DNA of 63,653 nucleotides, filler included, from Octopus bimaculoides (taxonomy: Eukaryota), in assembly GCF_001194135.2 (NCBI RefSeq). It is 7 parts of 6 records of this genome, joined end to end, with 100 filler letters (N's around TTAATTAATTAA, not from the genome) between each part and the next. Parts side by side here need not be neighbours in the genome. Positions count along the whole stretch, not along the records: positions 13,587 to 25,753 come from NC_068982.1; positions 25,854 to 30,339 come from NC_068981.1; 5 more parts are not named here. One strand, 5' to 3'. A model generated the notes under the pieces. That model was not told the DNA's origin. It made no database searches and saw only the letters and a program-made list of their open reading frames with translations. Shown piece after piece: positions 14,758 through 26,770 of the stretch. The translations under genes and the position numbers were made by a program. Numbering within the stretch: position 1 is the first letter of the stretch; every line of letters starts with the position of its first letter.

Positions 14758-14903
14758 AACTATACACGGATTGTCTTCATGAAATAAGACTTGCATACAG
14801 TTCTACCGATTACAATGGGGCTACTTTTCAAAATACCTCAGCTCCGGGCGCAAAATTCCGGAAACAATTCTGCAGTAGTACCTCGGTTTTCAAACAACTC
14901 TGA
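14758..14903 (+). CDS. Candidate coding exon or element fragment (ELYTDCLHEIRLAYSSTDYNGATFQNTSAPGAKFRKQFCSSTSVFKQL-stop)
   Basis: TTTGCAG acceptor with an in-frame stop just upstream, ~48 open codons, GC higher than the flanks. The last ~30 nt overlap a Tigger-like TIR fragment. No convincing donor. Confidence 0.25.
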
Positions 14904-15000
14904 TCAGGATTAAATTATGCTTTATCTCCTGTCTTTCTCATATTCATTTAATACAGTAGTACTTCAGTTTATGAAAGCCTCTGGTCACAAATAAATCATG

Positions 15001-15003
<3 letters not shown>
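14872..15003 (+). mobile_element. Two tandem pogo/Tigger-like TIR fragments
   Basis: CAGTAGTACCTCGGTTTTC...CTCTG...AAATTATGCTTTAT and TA-CAGTAGTACTTCAGTTTATG...CTCTG...AAATCATGCTTTAT, ~81 bp apart. Confidence 0.5.
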
Positions 15004-15039
<36 letters not shown>

Positions 15040-15042
<3 letters not shown>

Positions 15043-15190
15043 ACTTTTATCTTCATTTGTTTCTGTCATTAGACTGTTGCCATGTTGGGGTACTGCCTTG
15101 AAGAATTTTTTGCAGAATTAATTGACCTGTTATTTACTTTTTTCAAGCCTGGTACTTATTCTATCAGAGTCTTTTGCCAAACTGCTAATA
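15040..15190 (-). mobile_element. SINE family A, 3' fragment
   Basis: TTTGTTTCTGTCATTAGACTGTTGCCATG...GGTACTTATTCTATC. Confidence 0.8.
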
Positions 15191-15310
15191 TATATGTATA
15201 ATATCATATAATATATATATATTATAATATACATGATGTGTATATTAAATATATATAATATATTACACACACACACACACATATATTCCATTTTCAGTCT
15301 CTATCATATG

Positions 15311-15358
<48 letters not shown>

Positions 15359-15574
15359 TATACTGTGCATGTGTGTATATCTGCATGCAGTTGCACATTT
15401 AAATATTGTAGGAACAACACATTTCATGTGTGCAGAAATTGAAATAAATGTCCATTTGAGGCTTTCAGATGTCAAAACTTCAAGAGTTACATACACAATG
15501 TTCAGTGGAAGAAAAGGTCTTATGATCATGCATATTTAATTTATAAATACCAAACTGTTGTGTGGTTTTCGTCA

Positions 15575-15860
15575 CAGAAAAGTAATGCAACAGAACAAGT
15601 AGAAAGGGCAAAAACAAGTTAATATATGCACACTCACAACACCTCTCAAATAATAAATGTAAATGAATTAATATTGAAATTTTTTTATTTTGTCAAGAAG
15701 TGGCTGAATATTAGATTAGATCTTTTAATACATGAAATTCTATCTATATCTTGCCAATATTTGAATGGTAATGTCATGATACTACTCAATATATTGTGGG
15801 GTGAAACATCTAAATATAGTGGAAACAGCTCAATTTGTATGTTCAAATATCTAAATAATT
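15575..15860 (-). repeat. AT-rich diverged repeat, copy 1 of 3
   Basis: Aligns by eye with 18630-18920 (e.g. CAACAGAACAAGT.GAAA, AATAAATGTAAAT.AAT.AATATT) and, inverted, with 18995-19275. Confidence 0.75.
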
Positions 15861-16240
15861 ATCATTATGTGACTCCATACTTTGAGATCTCAACACTTCA
15901 TGTTGNNNNNNNNNNNNNNNNNNNNNNNNNNNNNNNNNNNNNNNNNNNNNNNNNNNNNNNNNNNNNNNNNNNNNNNNNNNNNNNNNNNNNNNNNNNNNNN
16001 NNNNNNNNNNNNNNNNNNNNNNNNNNNNNNNNNNNNNNNNNNNNNNNNNNNNNNNNNNNNNNNNNNNNNNNNNNNNNNNNNNNNNNNNNNNNNNNNNNNN
16101 NNNNNNNNNNNNNNNNNNNNNNNNNNNNNNNNNNNNNNNNNNNNNNNNNNNNNNNNNNNNNNNNNNNNNNNNNNNNNNNNNNNNNNNNNNNNNNNNNNNN
16201 NNNNNNNNNNNNNNNNNNNNNNNNNNNNNNNNNNNNNNNN

Positions 16241-16410
16241 TCATCCTCACCATTGTCATTAATGTTGTCATTGTCATCATCATCATTATCATCGTTGTCG
16301 TCATTGCCGTCATCATCATCATCATCATCATCAACATCATCATCCTCACCACTGTCATCATCATCGTTAACGTCATCATCATCATCATCATCCTCACTAC
16401 CATCACAACC

Positions 16411-16444
<34 letters not shown>

Positions 16445-16460
16445 TCTTCATCATCACTGT
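16241..16460. repeat. (CAT/CAC/CGT)n trinucleotide tract
   Basis: Seen directly; source of the poly-S/M/H pseudo-ORFs. Confidence 0.95.
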
Positions 16461-17242
16461 TTTAGCATCTATTTTTTTTCCATACTTCATCAAGGCAGAA
16501 TTTTCTATGGCCTGATTTCCTTCCAGACGCCAACCCCTTACCTGTTTTCCAAGGAAAGCAATACTTCCCCTGGCTATTGATCAACAATCAGCTGAACATC
16601 CTTGTGCAACTGTTAACAAACTACAGTGTTCGGTGTGAATAGTAAGGCTTTTGTTTACAGTCAGGACAAATATGCCAAGATGAAGGGGAATATACACTCT
16701 ATTATGCAAATGCAAACACATGCGCACACATAAACAAACACACACACACACACAAACACACACACAAACATACACACGCACACACACTCAGACAAACACG
16801 CACATGTATACAATCAATGATCACAACATGTTGCTAATGTTTAGAATACATGTTTGGTTGTACTTCAAAAGATCCATACGTAAGGAGCAAATGTATTGTT
16901 ATTCCATGTTCCTTTCTGCAGCTGTATTCTAATATTTTGAACACTGATTATTAATGTAAAATAAGTGTGGACATAAATTTTTCTCTGTTTATTCAACACA
17001 TCTTCAATGCATTTTATTAACCGTAATATCTGATATATAAGGACATATCTTCTCAACAAAAGTATCATCAAATAATTAAGGATTGCATAAGTTATATAAA
17101 GAAACATGGGCCCTGTTATGGTATCCAAAAACTATAACAATTTGATGATGCCTGCTGTTTATAAAGAATTTACTTTTATAACCGATATCTTTGTAAATGA
17201 AACATGTTCAAGATATATCAGATAAAAATAAAAATGTATCTA

Positions 17243-17439
17243 TGGGGTGTCCACAAAGTCTGGGTACATGAGGATTAACACATACTTTTAAAACAAAATT
17301 TAATTTAATTATAATGTTAATAAATAAATCTGTAATCTTTATTGAGTAAACTTTCTCTTTTTAACATATAAGTCTTATATTTAATTGTTCATGTTGTGAT
17401 TTTATTTACGCCATGTACCCAGACTTTGTGGACACCCTG
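17243..17439. mobile_element. Tc1/mariner-type MITE (~197 bp)
   Basis: TIRs GGGTGTCCACAAAGTCTGGGTACATG / CATGTACCCAGACTTTGTGGACACCC, TA on both sides, AT-rich interior. Confidence 0.93.
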
Positions 17440-17467
17440 TACAAATGAAATGGAAATTGTGGTTGTG

Positions 17468-17790
17468 ATTCCCACGCCAGTAGCACGTAAAAAGCACCAT
17501 CTGAGCATGGCCGATGCCAGTGCCGCCTTGACTAGCTTCCATGCCGGTGGCACGTAAAAAGCACGAACCAATCGTGGTCGATGCCAGTTCCTCTGGCCCC
17601 TTGAGCTGGTTACATGTAAAAGTACTCACTACACTCTTGGAGTGGTTGGCATTAGGAAGAACATCCAGCTGTAGAAACACTGCCAGATCAGATTGGGGCC
17701 CAGTGCAACTTCCTGGCTTCCCAGACCCCAGTCGAACCATCCAACCCATGCCAGCGTGGAAAACAGCCGTTAAACGATGATGATGAAACT
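17468..17790 (+). mobile_element. RTE-tail SINE-like repeat (family R)
   Basis: Repeated GCACGTAAAAAGCAC units, GGTTGGCATTAGGAAGAACATCCAGCTGTAGAAAC, ending CCATGCCAGCGTGGAAAACAGCCGTTAAACGATGATGATG. Confidence 0.85.
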
Positions 17791-17837
17791 TGCTTTATAT
17801 ATATGCGTATATGTATGTTTATATATATATATATATA

Positions 17838-18130
17838 TCATCATCATCATCATCATAATCGTTTAATGTCCACTTTCCATACTGGCATGGGTTAGACAGT
17901 TTGACTGAGGACTGGCGAGCCAGATGGCTGCACCAGGCTCCAATCTGATCTGGCAGAGTTTCTACAGCTGGATGCCCTTCCTAATGCCAACCACTCTGAG
18001 AGTGTAGTGGGTGCTTTTATATGCCACCAGCACAGGAGCCAGTCAGGTGGGCCTGGCATTGATCATGTTCAGATGGTGCTTTTTATGTGCCACTGGCATG
18101 GGGACCAGTCGGTGGGTACTGGCATCGGTG
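17838..18130 (-). mobile_element. RTE-tail SINE-like repeat (family R)
   Basis: (CAT)n CGTTTAATGTCCACTTTCCAT...CTACAGCTGGATGCCCTTCCTAATGCCAACC. Confidence 0.88.
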
Positions 18131-18335
18131 TCATATATACATATATATATATATTGTATATGTTTATGTACGTGTGTGTCTGTGTTTGTCCCCCACCATC
18201 ACTTGACAACCGATGTTGGTGTGTTGACATCCCTAAAACTTCGTTGGACAGTTGTGATCCGGAGATGAACGGGAACGTGAAACTCTGAGTAGCAGTATTT
18301 TGTGATATTTTTGTGTTGCAACTTTAATAATGAAG

Positions 18336-18385
<50 letters not shown>

Positions 18386-18629
18386 AAAGTCTATGCGAAT
18401 TACTTAATACAACTTTCGAAGTGCAAAGGTGATTTTTTTGTTAAATTATTTTTTAAAGAAATGTTATGAAATCTTTTATCAGGATGGTACTAACCTTTTT
18501 TGGAAAGAATTTTTTTTCTAGTGTGTGAGCACTTTCGTTTAACCTTTTCAAACACACATGCTCTTAAAAAGGAAATTGTTGTGATGTGTGTGTGTGTGTG
18601 TGTAATTTATAGTAGCAAGTTCTGAGCAT

Positions 18630-19275
18630 TCTGTAAAAGAAAGGAAATACAACAGAACAAGTGGAAAAGAGAGAAACAAATGTAATATATGAATACTTAC
18701 AACATTTCTCAGTGAATAAATGTAAATAAATCAATATTAAAAAGGTTCAAATTGGTTAAGAAGGAGTTGAAAATTAAATTAAATTTTGTGCAATATGCAA
18801 TTATATATATTATTGATATGTAAATGTTATTGTCACAGTCATGTTCAATATCTTAGATAAAGCAAATTAAAATATATGCACAGTTAAATAATTCAATATA
18901 TTGGAAGTATCATGATTTACCTTGTACAGATATTAAAATAAATATTTAAATGAGACACCATTTAATTATGTGTACATTCAGAGTATGTAGTTTCCTATAT
19001 ATTTAGATATCATTTCTACTAATATTTTAATTACCGCTTTCTTTAATACATCAAGCACTATCATGACATCAGCATTCGTATAGCAAAAAGATATAACATT
19101 TTATATATTGCAAGATTTCATTTGTCATAATATTTAACTACTTAAAAAGAAAGTAGAGCACTTTTAATGTTATTTTATTCATATTTATTCTCCAAGAGAC
19201 ATTGTGAGTCTGTATATATTACTCTTATTTTCAGTTATTCATCTTATTATGTTGTATTTCCTTTCTTTTATGAAA
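18630..19275. repeat. AT-rich diverged repeat, copies 2 and 3, as an inverted pair
   Basis: Exact 20-mer AAAAGAAAGGAAATACAACA (18635-18654) is the reverse complement of 19250-19269. Similarity extends ~280 bp inward. Confidence 0.78.
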
Positions 19276-19747
19276 AACACATTATACTACATTAGAATCA
19301 ATTAGATGTGTACTATTAAAAGACCTCTCTTCCTTTACTCTTCTTGATTGTTTATGTTACACATGAACCTTTGAAATCTCAGTCTTTATTTTCATATGGA
19401 TATTTATTTTATGTCTGCACATATATCATAGTTATGTGTTAAAGAAACTTTCAAGTGAGGAAAGGTAAATTAACAGACATCAGAAATAGCTGAATAGAAA
19501 TGTATAGCTTGCGCTTGTTTCTACTGGAGATCTGAAAACACTATAACTGCTTTAGGAAGTCTCGGTGATGTTGTAATGAATTAAATTACCCCCTTTTAGA
19601 ATTTGTCCTTCTGGTCATCATTCAGGTGGCAACTGCCCACCCTGGTGCTTTTGTATGTGTTTGAGGAATGAAGTAGGTGTAAGGTTGAGATGGAGAGGGT
19701 GACAGACAAAGAGAGAAATGGGGGAGTGAGGTGGGGAATATTGGCGT

Positions 19748-19778
<31 letters not shown>

Positions 19779-19779
19779 T

Positions 19780-20372
19780 ATACTCTTTTTACTCTTTTAC
19801 TTGTTTCAGTCATTTGACTGCGGCCATGCTGGAGCACCGCCTTTAGTCGAGCAAATCGACCCCAGGACTTATTCTTTGGAAGCCTAGTACTTATTCTATC
19901 GGTCTCTTATGCCGAACTGCTACGTTACGGGGATGTAAACACACCAGCATCGGTTGTCAAGCGATGTTGGGGACAAACACAGACACAAACATATACACAT
20001 ATATATATATATATATATATGGGAGAATATACAAATAATAACAACAGACGAGGACAGGTGGTGTAAATAACAAAAGTATATATTAGTATGACGCTCGGGA
20101 ATACGGAAAGTCTTTGACATTTCGAGCTACGCTCTTCAACAGAAAGAATACGGAGACAAGGAGAAAAACACGGAGAAAAAAAATTGAATAGTGTTCAGTC
20201 AACGGTGACGGGCTTCTTTCAGTTTCCGTCTACCAAATCCACTCACAAGGCTTTGGTCGGCCCGAGGTTATAGTAGAAGACACTTGCCCAAGATGCCACG
20301 CAGTGGGAATGAACCCGGAACCATGTGGTTGGTAAGCAAGCTACTTACCACACAGCCACTTCTGCGCCTATG
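19780..20372 (-). mobile_element. Full-length SINE family A with a Penelope-like insertion (20025-20205) in its internal microsatellite
   Basis: The two halves match the intact copy at 39765-40197; ~180 bp of unrelated sequence sits between (TA)n and GACGGGCTTCTTTCAG. Confidence 0.9.
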
Positions 20373-20419
20373 TACACATACGCACATATACATGCACACA
20401 TTGATAGGTTATCACACTT

Positions 20420-22249
20420 TGTAGACTGCAAGTTACTAAGAAAACTAAAATTAGACGAATAAGGTGTGAAGGTCTTGTAACCTGTACTAATTTTGTGAAG
20501 GCATTTGGTAAGGTACCACATGCAATAATTTAGTAGTTACAAAGGAAACCATATGTAGACGACTGTCTCATGAAAGCTGTACAAACTGCATCTTTGTTCA
20601 TAAGTACAAAGATGCAGCATGTAATTTGAATGTTGACAATATTTTCAGTAATGACTTTCACATGATGGAATGAGTTCATCAAGGTTCAGTGGGCAGCCCT
20701 CATCTATTTATTATAGTCCTACAGGCTGTCACCAGGAAGTTTAAGAGTGGTTGCCAATGGGAGCTTTTATATGCTGAAGATTCAGTTTGCATAGTTGGCT
20801 CTGTATGGGAATTAGAGAGGAAATTCCAGGCAGGGAGACTAAGCCTAGGAAAAGGCCTTACTGCTAGGAATGAAGGCTTTTTCCTTCAGACTGAAGAGCA
20901 GATTGTATGACACTTGTGTTAGAACAGCAATGTTGCATAGTAGTGTGATATAGGCTTTGACTGTAGAGGATTTGAGAGGACTAGGGCAAACAATGAAGCT
21001 AGCACGCTTTGTTTGATGTGTAATGTAAGTCTACATGAAATATAAAATACAAATGCATTGAAAGAAAATGTGGGTATAAGAGAAATCGATTTAGTCTGCA
21101 ACATATGGATATGTGGTGCATATGAATTAGAACAGCCATATAAAGAAGTGTCACTCACTTAATGTGGATGGAGCTAGCAGAAGAGAGAGATCTTGGAAGA
21201 TATGAAATGAAGTGGTGAAATCTGGTCTCAGAACCATGAATCTAACAGAGATGACTTGTGATATGATGTCCTTGAGAAAACCCTCCCACTTTGGAGAAAA
21301 TGAGATTCTGGAAGCAGAATATGTATAAATACGTGCAACTGACCTTCATTTACCCAAATTTTCTCCTCAAGACACCCAACATCTTTGTAACAGTAAAATT
21401 TTGCTGCTGTAATTAGATGTAAGCAGAACTGCATATTACAATTTTTCTCTGAGGAATCATTTCGTTTCTATTCATCCTTTATTTTTAATATTGCCTTCTC
21501 CACCCACATTTTACATTGATCAACCTCTTGAGACACCAAATTACCTCTTCACCACCACCACCATATGTCTCCACATCCCCTATAATTTCCCAATCTACCC
21601 AACCACATCATCTCTCTCACCCTTTAACCCATCCTCTCTCTTTCTTCCCTTGTCCACTGTATCATTATTATTACTATTCTGCAGCTATTCCCCCCACCTA
21701 CACTCTCCTTTCTGCCCTGTCAGTCATCTCCTCTTTCCTTTCTCCCCCAACTTGTTGGTACATTAACCATCTCGCATACCCCATCAACACTACCCACTTT
21801 CTACAGTTGTTTCTTATTCTTTCCCCTTCCCTATCTCCCCTTGCACTTGTTCTTCATTATATTCATCCTCTTACTTATTTCCTATCTCTAACCGTCTCTC
21901 ACTCTCCCATACACTCTTGCAACCTCTACCCACCTTCACTTTCTGTTCTCCTGTTCCCTCATATCTTTGAGGATCAATGCAGACACCACATCTCGCCTGT
22001 TTTTATTCCTTTCCAGATCCACCCCCTCTGCTGATTCTATAGCATGAAGCTGCCTCCCTTCTACTGCAGCCCAAATCAGCCAAAGCAGACCTTAGTCTTG
22101 CAGGTTGCATGGCGACCTCACTAATGCTGGTTCCATAAAATAAACAAAATCACCCAGTATTGTGGTTGACCTTAGGAAGGGCATCAAGCTGTAGATACAA
22201 TGCCAAAAACAGACATAGAAAGCACTTTGTTAGCATTCATGTTCCATAT

Positions 22250-22280
<31 letters not shown>

Positions 22281-22290
22281 ACGACAACGA
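20420..22290 (+). pseudogene. 5'-truncated, internally deleted RTE-clade LINE with 3' UTR and (GAT)n tail
   Basis: HQGSVGSPHLFIIVLQAVTRKFKSGCQWELLYAED (RT QG/YADD region, 20680-20780); RLYDTCVRTAMLH; YGYV.HM; IKKCHSLNVDG (3' end, ~21100-21250). The segment TTAGGAAGGGCATC.AGCTGTAG at 22170 is shared with family R. Extent of the 3' UTR is less certain. Confidence 0.82.
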
Positions 22291-22894
22291 CGATGATAAG
22301 GAAAGTAACGATTACAATGACAATGACAACGACGACGACAACAATGATCTTCAAAGCCCTTTTTCAGCAAGTTTTTACATCAATTTAAATTTAATATTCC
22401 ATACTCAGTATGGTACCTTCAGTAGAAATAATTGCAGAAATGTCAGGAACATTTTATCAATACATCAGAATGTTGATGTTGTGTGTGCTAATGACTTCAG
22501 ATGCACCATACCTAACAAGAGTGAAAAATGTAATAGAAACTGCTACTCTATGGCTAATAAATTTTTGCCACCATCCCTTCTCTCTCTTCTCTCTCTTTCT
22601 CACTCGCTCTCTCTCTCTCTCTCATCTTCCCACCCTCTCATTACTTTTAGCTCAGCAGTTAACAGTGAACCTGAAATATCTTGATATGTGTTTAGATAAA
22701 AAATCAATTTAATTGAACCTACACATGTATAGACACGTATGTGTAAACATGGAAACATCAATGTGTGGTTAATAATTTTGCTTTGCCATTACATGTTCCA
22801 GATTCGATCACATTACACAGAAATATTCATTCAGGTGTCTTCTACTGTACATATGGGTTGAATTTACTGGATGGAAACTATGTGGAAAGCCAGC

Positions 22895-22949
<55 letters not shown>

Positions 22950-23112
22950 NNNNNNNNNNNNNNNNNNNNNNNNNNNNNNNNNNNNNNNNNNNNNNNNNNN
23001 NNNNNNNNNNNNNNNNNNNNNNNNNNNNNNNNNNNNNNNNNNNNNNNNNNNNNNNNNNNNNNNNNNNNNNNNNNNNNNNNNNNNNNNNNNNNNNNNNNNN
23101 NNNNNNNNNNNN

Positions 23113-23470
23113 TCATCATTTAACGTCCGCTTTCCATGCTAGCTTGGGTTGGACGATTTGACTGAGTACTGGTGAAACCAGATGGTTACACAAGGCTCCA
23201 ATCTGATTTGGCAGAGTTTCTACAGCTGGATACCCTTCCTAACGCCAACCACTCAGAGAGTGTAGTGGGTGCTTTTACGTGCCACCAGCACGAAGACCAG
23301 TCAGGCGGTACTGGCAACAGCCACGCTCAAAATGGTGTATTTTACGTGCCACCCGCACAAGAGCCAATCCAAGGGCACTGGCAATGATCTCACTCCAAAG
23401 TCCTTACACATGCCACGCGCACAAGTGCCAGAAAGGCGATGCTGGGCACAGGTGCCATCATGATTTCGCT
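23113..23470 (-). mobile_element. RTE-tail SINE-like repeat (family R)
   Basis: CATCATTTAACGTCCGCTTTCCATGCTAGC...GGATACCCTTCCTAACGCCAACCAC. Confidence 0.88.
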
Positions 23471-23474
23471 TTAT

Positions 23475-23510
<36 letters not shown>

Positions 23511-23607
23511 TTATTTATTTATATATATATATATACATACATATATATATATATGTATATATATATATATTCAGATATATATATATATACATACATATAT
23601 ATACATA

Positions 23608-23915
23608 TTATCATCATCATCGTCGTTTAACGTCCACTTTCCATGCAGGCATGGGTAGGAAGGTTGCACCAGGCCCCAGAAGGCCTGGTCTGGCAGTTTT
23701 TCTACAGCTGGATGCCCTTCCTAATGCCAACCACTCTGAGAGTGTATGTGGGTGCTTTTACATGCCACCGGCATGAGGGCCTGTCAGGTGGTTCTGGCAA
23801 TGACCACGCTCAGAAGGTGTTTTTTACATGCTACTTGCATGGGAGTCAGTCTGGTGGCACTGGCAATGACCATGCTTGTATGTTGTCTTTCATGTGCCAC
23901 CAGCACATATGCCAG
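23608..23915 (-). mobile_element. RTE-tail SINE-like repeat (family R)
   Basis: (CAT)n CGTTTAACGTCCACTTTCCATGC...GGATGCCCTTCCTAATGCCAACCAC. Confidence 0.88.
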
Positions 23916-23924
23916 TAAGGCAAC

Positions 23925-24755
23925 AGTGGAAATGAGCCACAGATCAGAAAATGTTGTAATCTGATAGTGCAAACTCTGGACTGTAGGCACAGTAAGGCAG
24001 CACTTCCAGCCCCTCAAGTTCCTGAAGTTTGCTCTTGGTCATATTGGCAACGTCTTTTGGAGCATTGTCATGTTATAGGAGTGTACATCTTCAGTTCACC
24101 AATGCCATATAGCAGGCTTTCAAAGCATCATATACTCAATGCAGTTGTTGAGCATCAGAGTTACCTTTTACAGCATGACCATCCAGGACAAGCTCAAAGT
24201 GCAACGCCCCTTCATAATTCCCCCAATCACACATCACGACCTTCTGTTCAAACTGTCCTTGTTTGACAACACGTTCTAAAGCCTGGCTGGTACAAAACCA
24301 CTGATTTCTCTTTATAAGATTACGAAAACAGATTCATTTTCCATCTCCAGTTACAATTTGCTGTCAAAATTGAGCATCTCAAAGATTCACCAGCATATCA
24401 TGAGGAGCTTCTTGACAGTGTCTGTTTGCAAGTCTGAGATTATAGAAGTGTGGAGTGATAGTGCTTTGCGAAGGATGAAGTTCTGCCAACAATGTACAGG
24501 TGCTTGTGCTTGGCTGTTGTTCAACCAATTCAATCAAAGTCACATCTTCACACAAAAGAAGGCTCTCTCTGATCTTGGTTTATCTTTGAGATTGGTGACA
24601 CCATCCTTGGAACCTCTGAAGCAGTTTTGTGCGACACATTCATTGACAGTTCTTTCCATATCATCAATTTCTTTTTGCTGCTAACTTACAGTCAATCCGT
24701 TTTTTTCGCAGACAGCATAAAAATGGCTCTAATTGCAATTGTCTTACTGCTCATT
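23925..24755 (-). pseudogene. Decayed mariner (DD34D) transposase, almost full length
   Basis: Across frameshifts: MSSKTIAIRAI, LKDKPRS, QIVTGDGK, VVMCDWGNYEGALHFELV, HDNAPK, LEVLPYCAYSPEFALSDYNIF*SVAHF. The 3' end is cut by a family R insertion. Confidence 0.9.
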
Positions 24756-25008
24756 ATCAAAGCTACAAAATGACAAATGAACAATTTATGTTTATATGTT
24801 ATGCATGAAAATAAAGAATAAACAATTGAGTGATGATTGGACAAGTTGTATCAAATTAATGAAGTAACAAGTTTCCAAAAATCATCAGTGAAAATCTATA
24901 AAAAAAACTTTGATTCATCTTGTTATATACACACATACATACATACATACAAACACACACACATACATACATACATACATACATACATACGTACGTACAT
25001 GCATACAT

Positions 25009-25200
25009 AATGGTGGTGGTGGTGGTGGTGGTGGTGGTGGTGGTGGTGTTGGTGGTGATGGTGGTGTGGTGGTGGTGGTGGTGGTCGTCGTCGTCGTCGT
25101 CATGGTCGTTGTCGTGGTAATGGTGGTGGTCGTCGTCGTCGTCGTCGTCATGGTGGTGGTCGTGGTCGAGGTCATGGTGGTCGTGGCTGTCGTAGTAGTG
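25009..25200. repeat. (GGT/GTC)n trinucleotide tract
   Basis: Seen directly. Confidence 0.95.
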
Positions 25201-25853
25201 AAGTGTGAGAGAGAGAGAAAGATACCTGGCTATTGTGACTCTTATCACAATAATATTAGCTAAACGGCTTGCCGTAAGGCATTCAATTATGCTAATTAGT
25301 CTTTTACTCTAACTGAATACAAAGACATCTGCTTCCATACAATGGATACTAAAATCACAAAGCATTTCAGTTTTTTTATATATTCTGTTCAGTTTTGTAG
25401 ATAGAATAACTAAATTCCTTCTCTCGTAGCAAATTGTTACATATTTCCGGGAGCAAAATATTCAGTAATCTAATTTTAATGATGACATAATTGACATATA
25501 TGAAATATCACTGAAATTAACAGTACAAATTATCAGGTCAAGCATAGCTGTTTGGATTAAGCAGTGCACTTTGCAACGTTGTACGTTTGGGTTTCAATCC
25601 TACCATATGCCAGTGGCATAATAAGCACCTTCCATGATGGTTCCAAGCTAATCTATGCCCAGTGAATGAGTTTGAAAGTTGAAAACTTGGCCTCTATCTA
25701 TATATTAGTCTATCTATCTATCTATCTACCTAGCTATCTATCTATCTATCTATNNNNNNNNNNNNNNNNNNNNNNNNNNNNNNNNNNNNNNNNNNNNTTA
25801 ATTAATTAANNNNNNNNNNNNNNNNNNNNNNNNNNNNNNNNNNNNNNNNNNNN

Positions 25854-25894
<41 letters not shown>

Positions 25895-26097
25895 TTTGTG
25901 CATGTGTGTATATGCGCATTTGTATGTGCGTGTATTTCAACGCTGAAATCGTAATGACGCTAGATATAACCATGGCTGAGTTTATCCAGAACATTTGCTT
26001 ATTGTCATTCCCATTAATTATTTAAGCTACCTCACCCTACTAATTTCATATACATATAGTATATATATTAGAAAGTTTGGAGGTGATGTACAGGAAT

Positions 26098-26345
26098 TAT
26101 ATCTTAGAAAAAATGATAAAGTACTCAGATATCTGGATGGTTGTACATTTACAGATTTTTATTAATATGTCACATGTTTTTATAAATTAGCGCTTGCATC
26201 TATTCTTGTAGAATCTTCAGATCTGGAGAATCTACAAGAATAGATGCAAGCGCTAATTTATAACAACATGTGACATATTAATAAAAATCTGTAAATGTAC
26301 AACCATCCAGATATCTGAATACTTTATCATTTTTTCTAAGATATA
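26098..26345. repeat. Long inverted repeat (~120 bp arms) centred on two minimal hammerhead-like motifs
   Basis: 26098-26220 versus 26223-26345 is near-perfect (about 4 mismatches). The centre reads TCTTCAG-AT-CTGGAGA. Confidence 0.95.
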
Positions 26346-26359
26346 TATACATCATCTGT

Positions 26360-26770
26360 ACGAGGTGGAGAATATACCGTTAGCATTGCCCAAACGACCT
26401 GAACATTAGTTTCAAGGTTCATCCAAGGCTGGGACCACGGGTCATACGTCCCCTACCCAATTCAGGATCACAACATGTAGGTACACTGCGGCATAATTTC
26501 TTTTCCTCAACAGGCCCTGCCCTGTTTAACATTGTCCCGAAACAGATAAAAGAGAAAAAGCATCCTGTCAGCTTTAAACGGAGTCTGGACAGATTTCTTC
26601 AAGGAATACCAGACAAGCAACCCATACCTGGATACAACTCACTCAATAAGAACTCACTACTTGAATGGACCATAGACAAAACTTGACTTTAAAAGGATTT
26701 AGATAATCCTACCATGTGGTGCTATTAAGTTAGACATGGCTTAGACCAATCTTTGGTCGAAACATATCTA

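Noticed and set aside
22417-22512. Minus-strand exon with a strong polypyrimidine acceptor
   Set aside because: Stops in all three frames; a non-coding exon cannot be supported from sequence alone.
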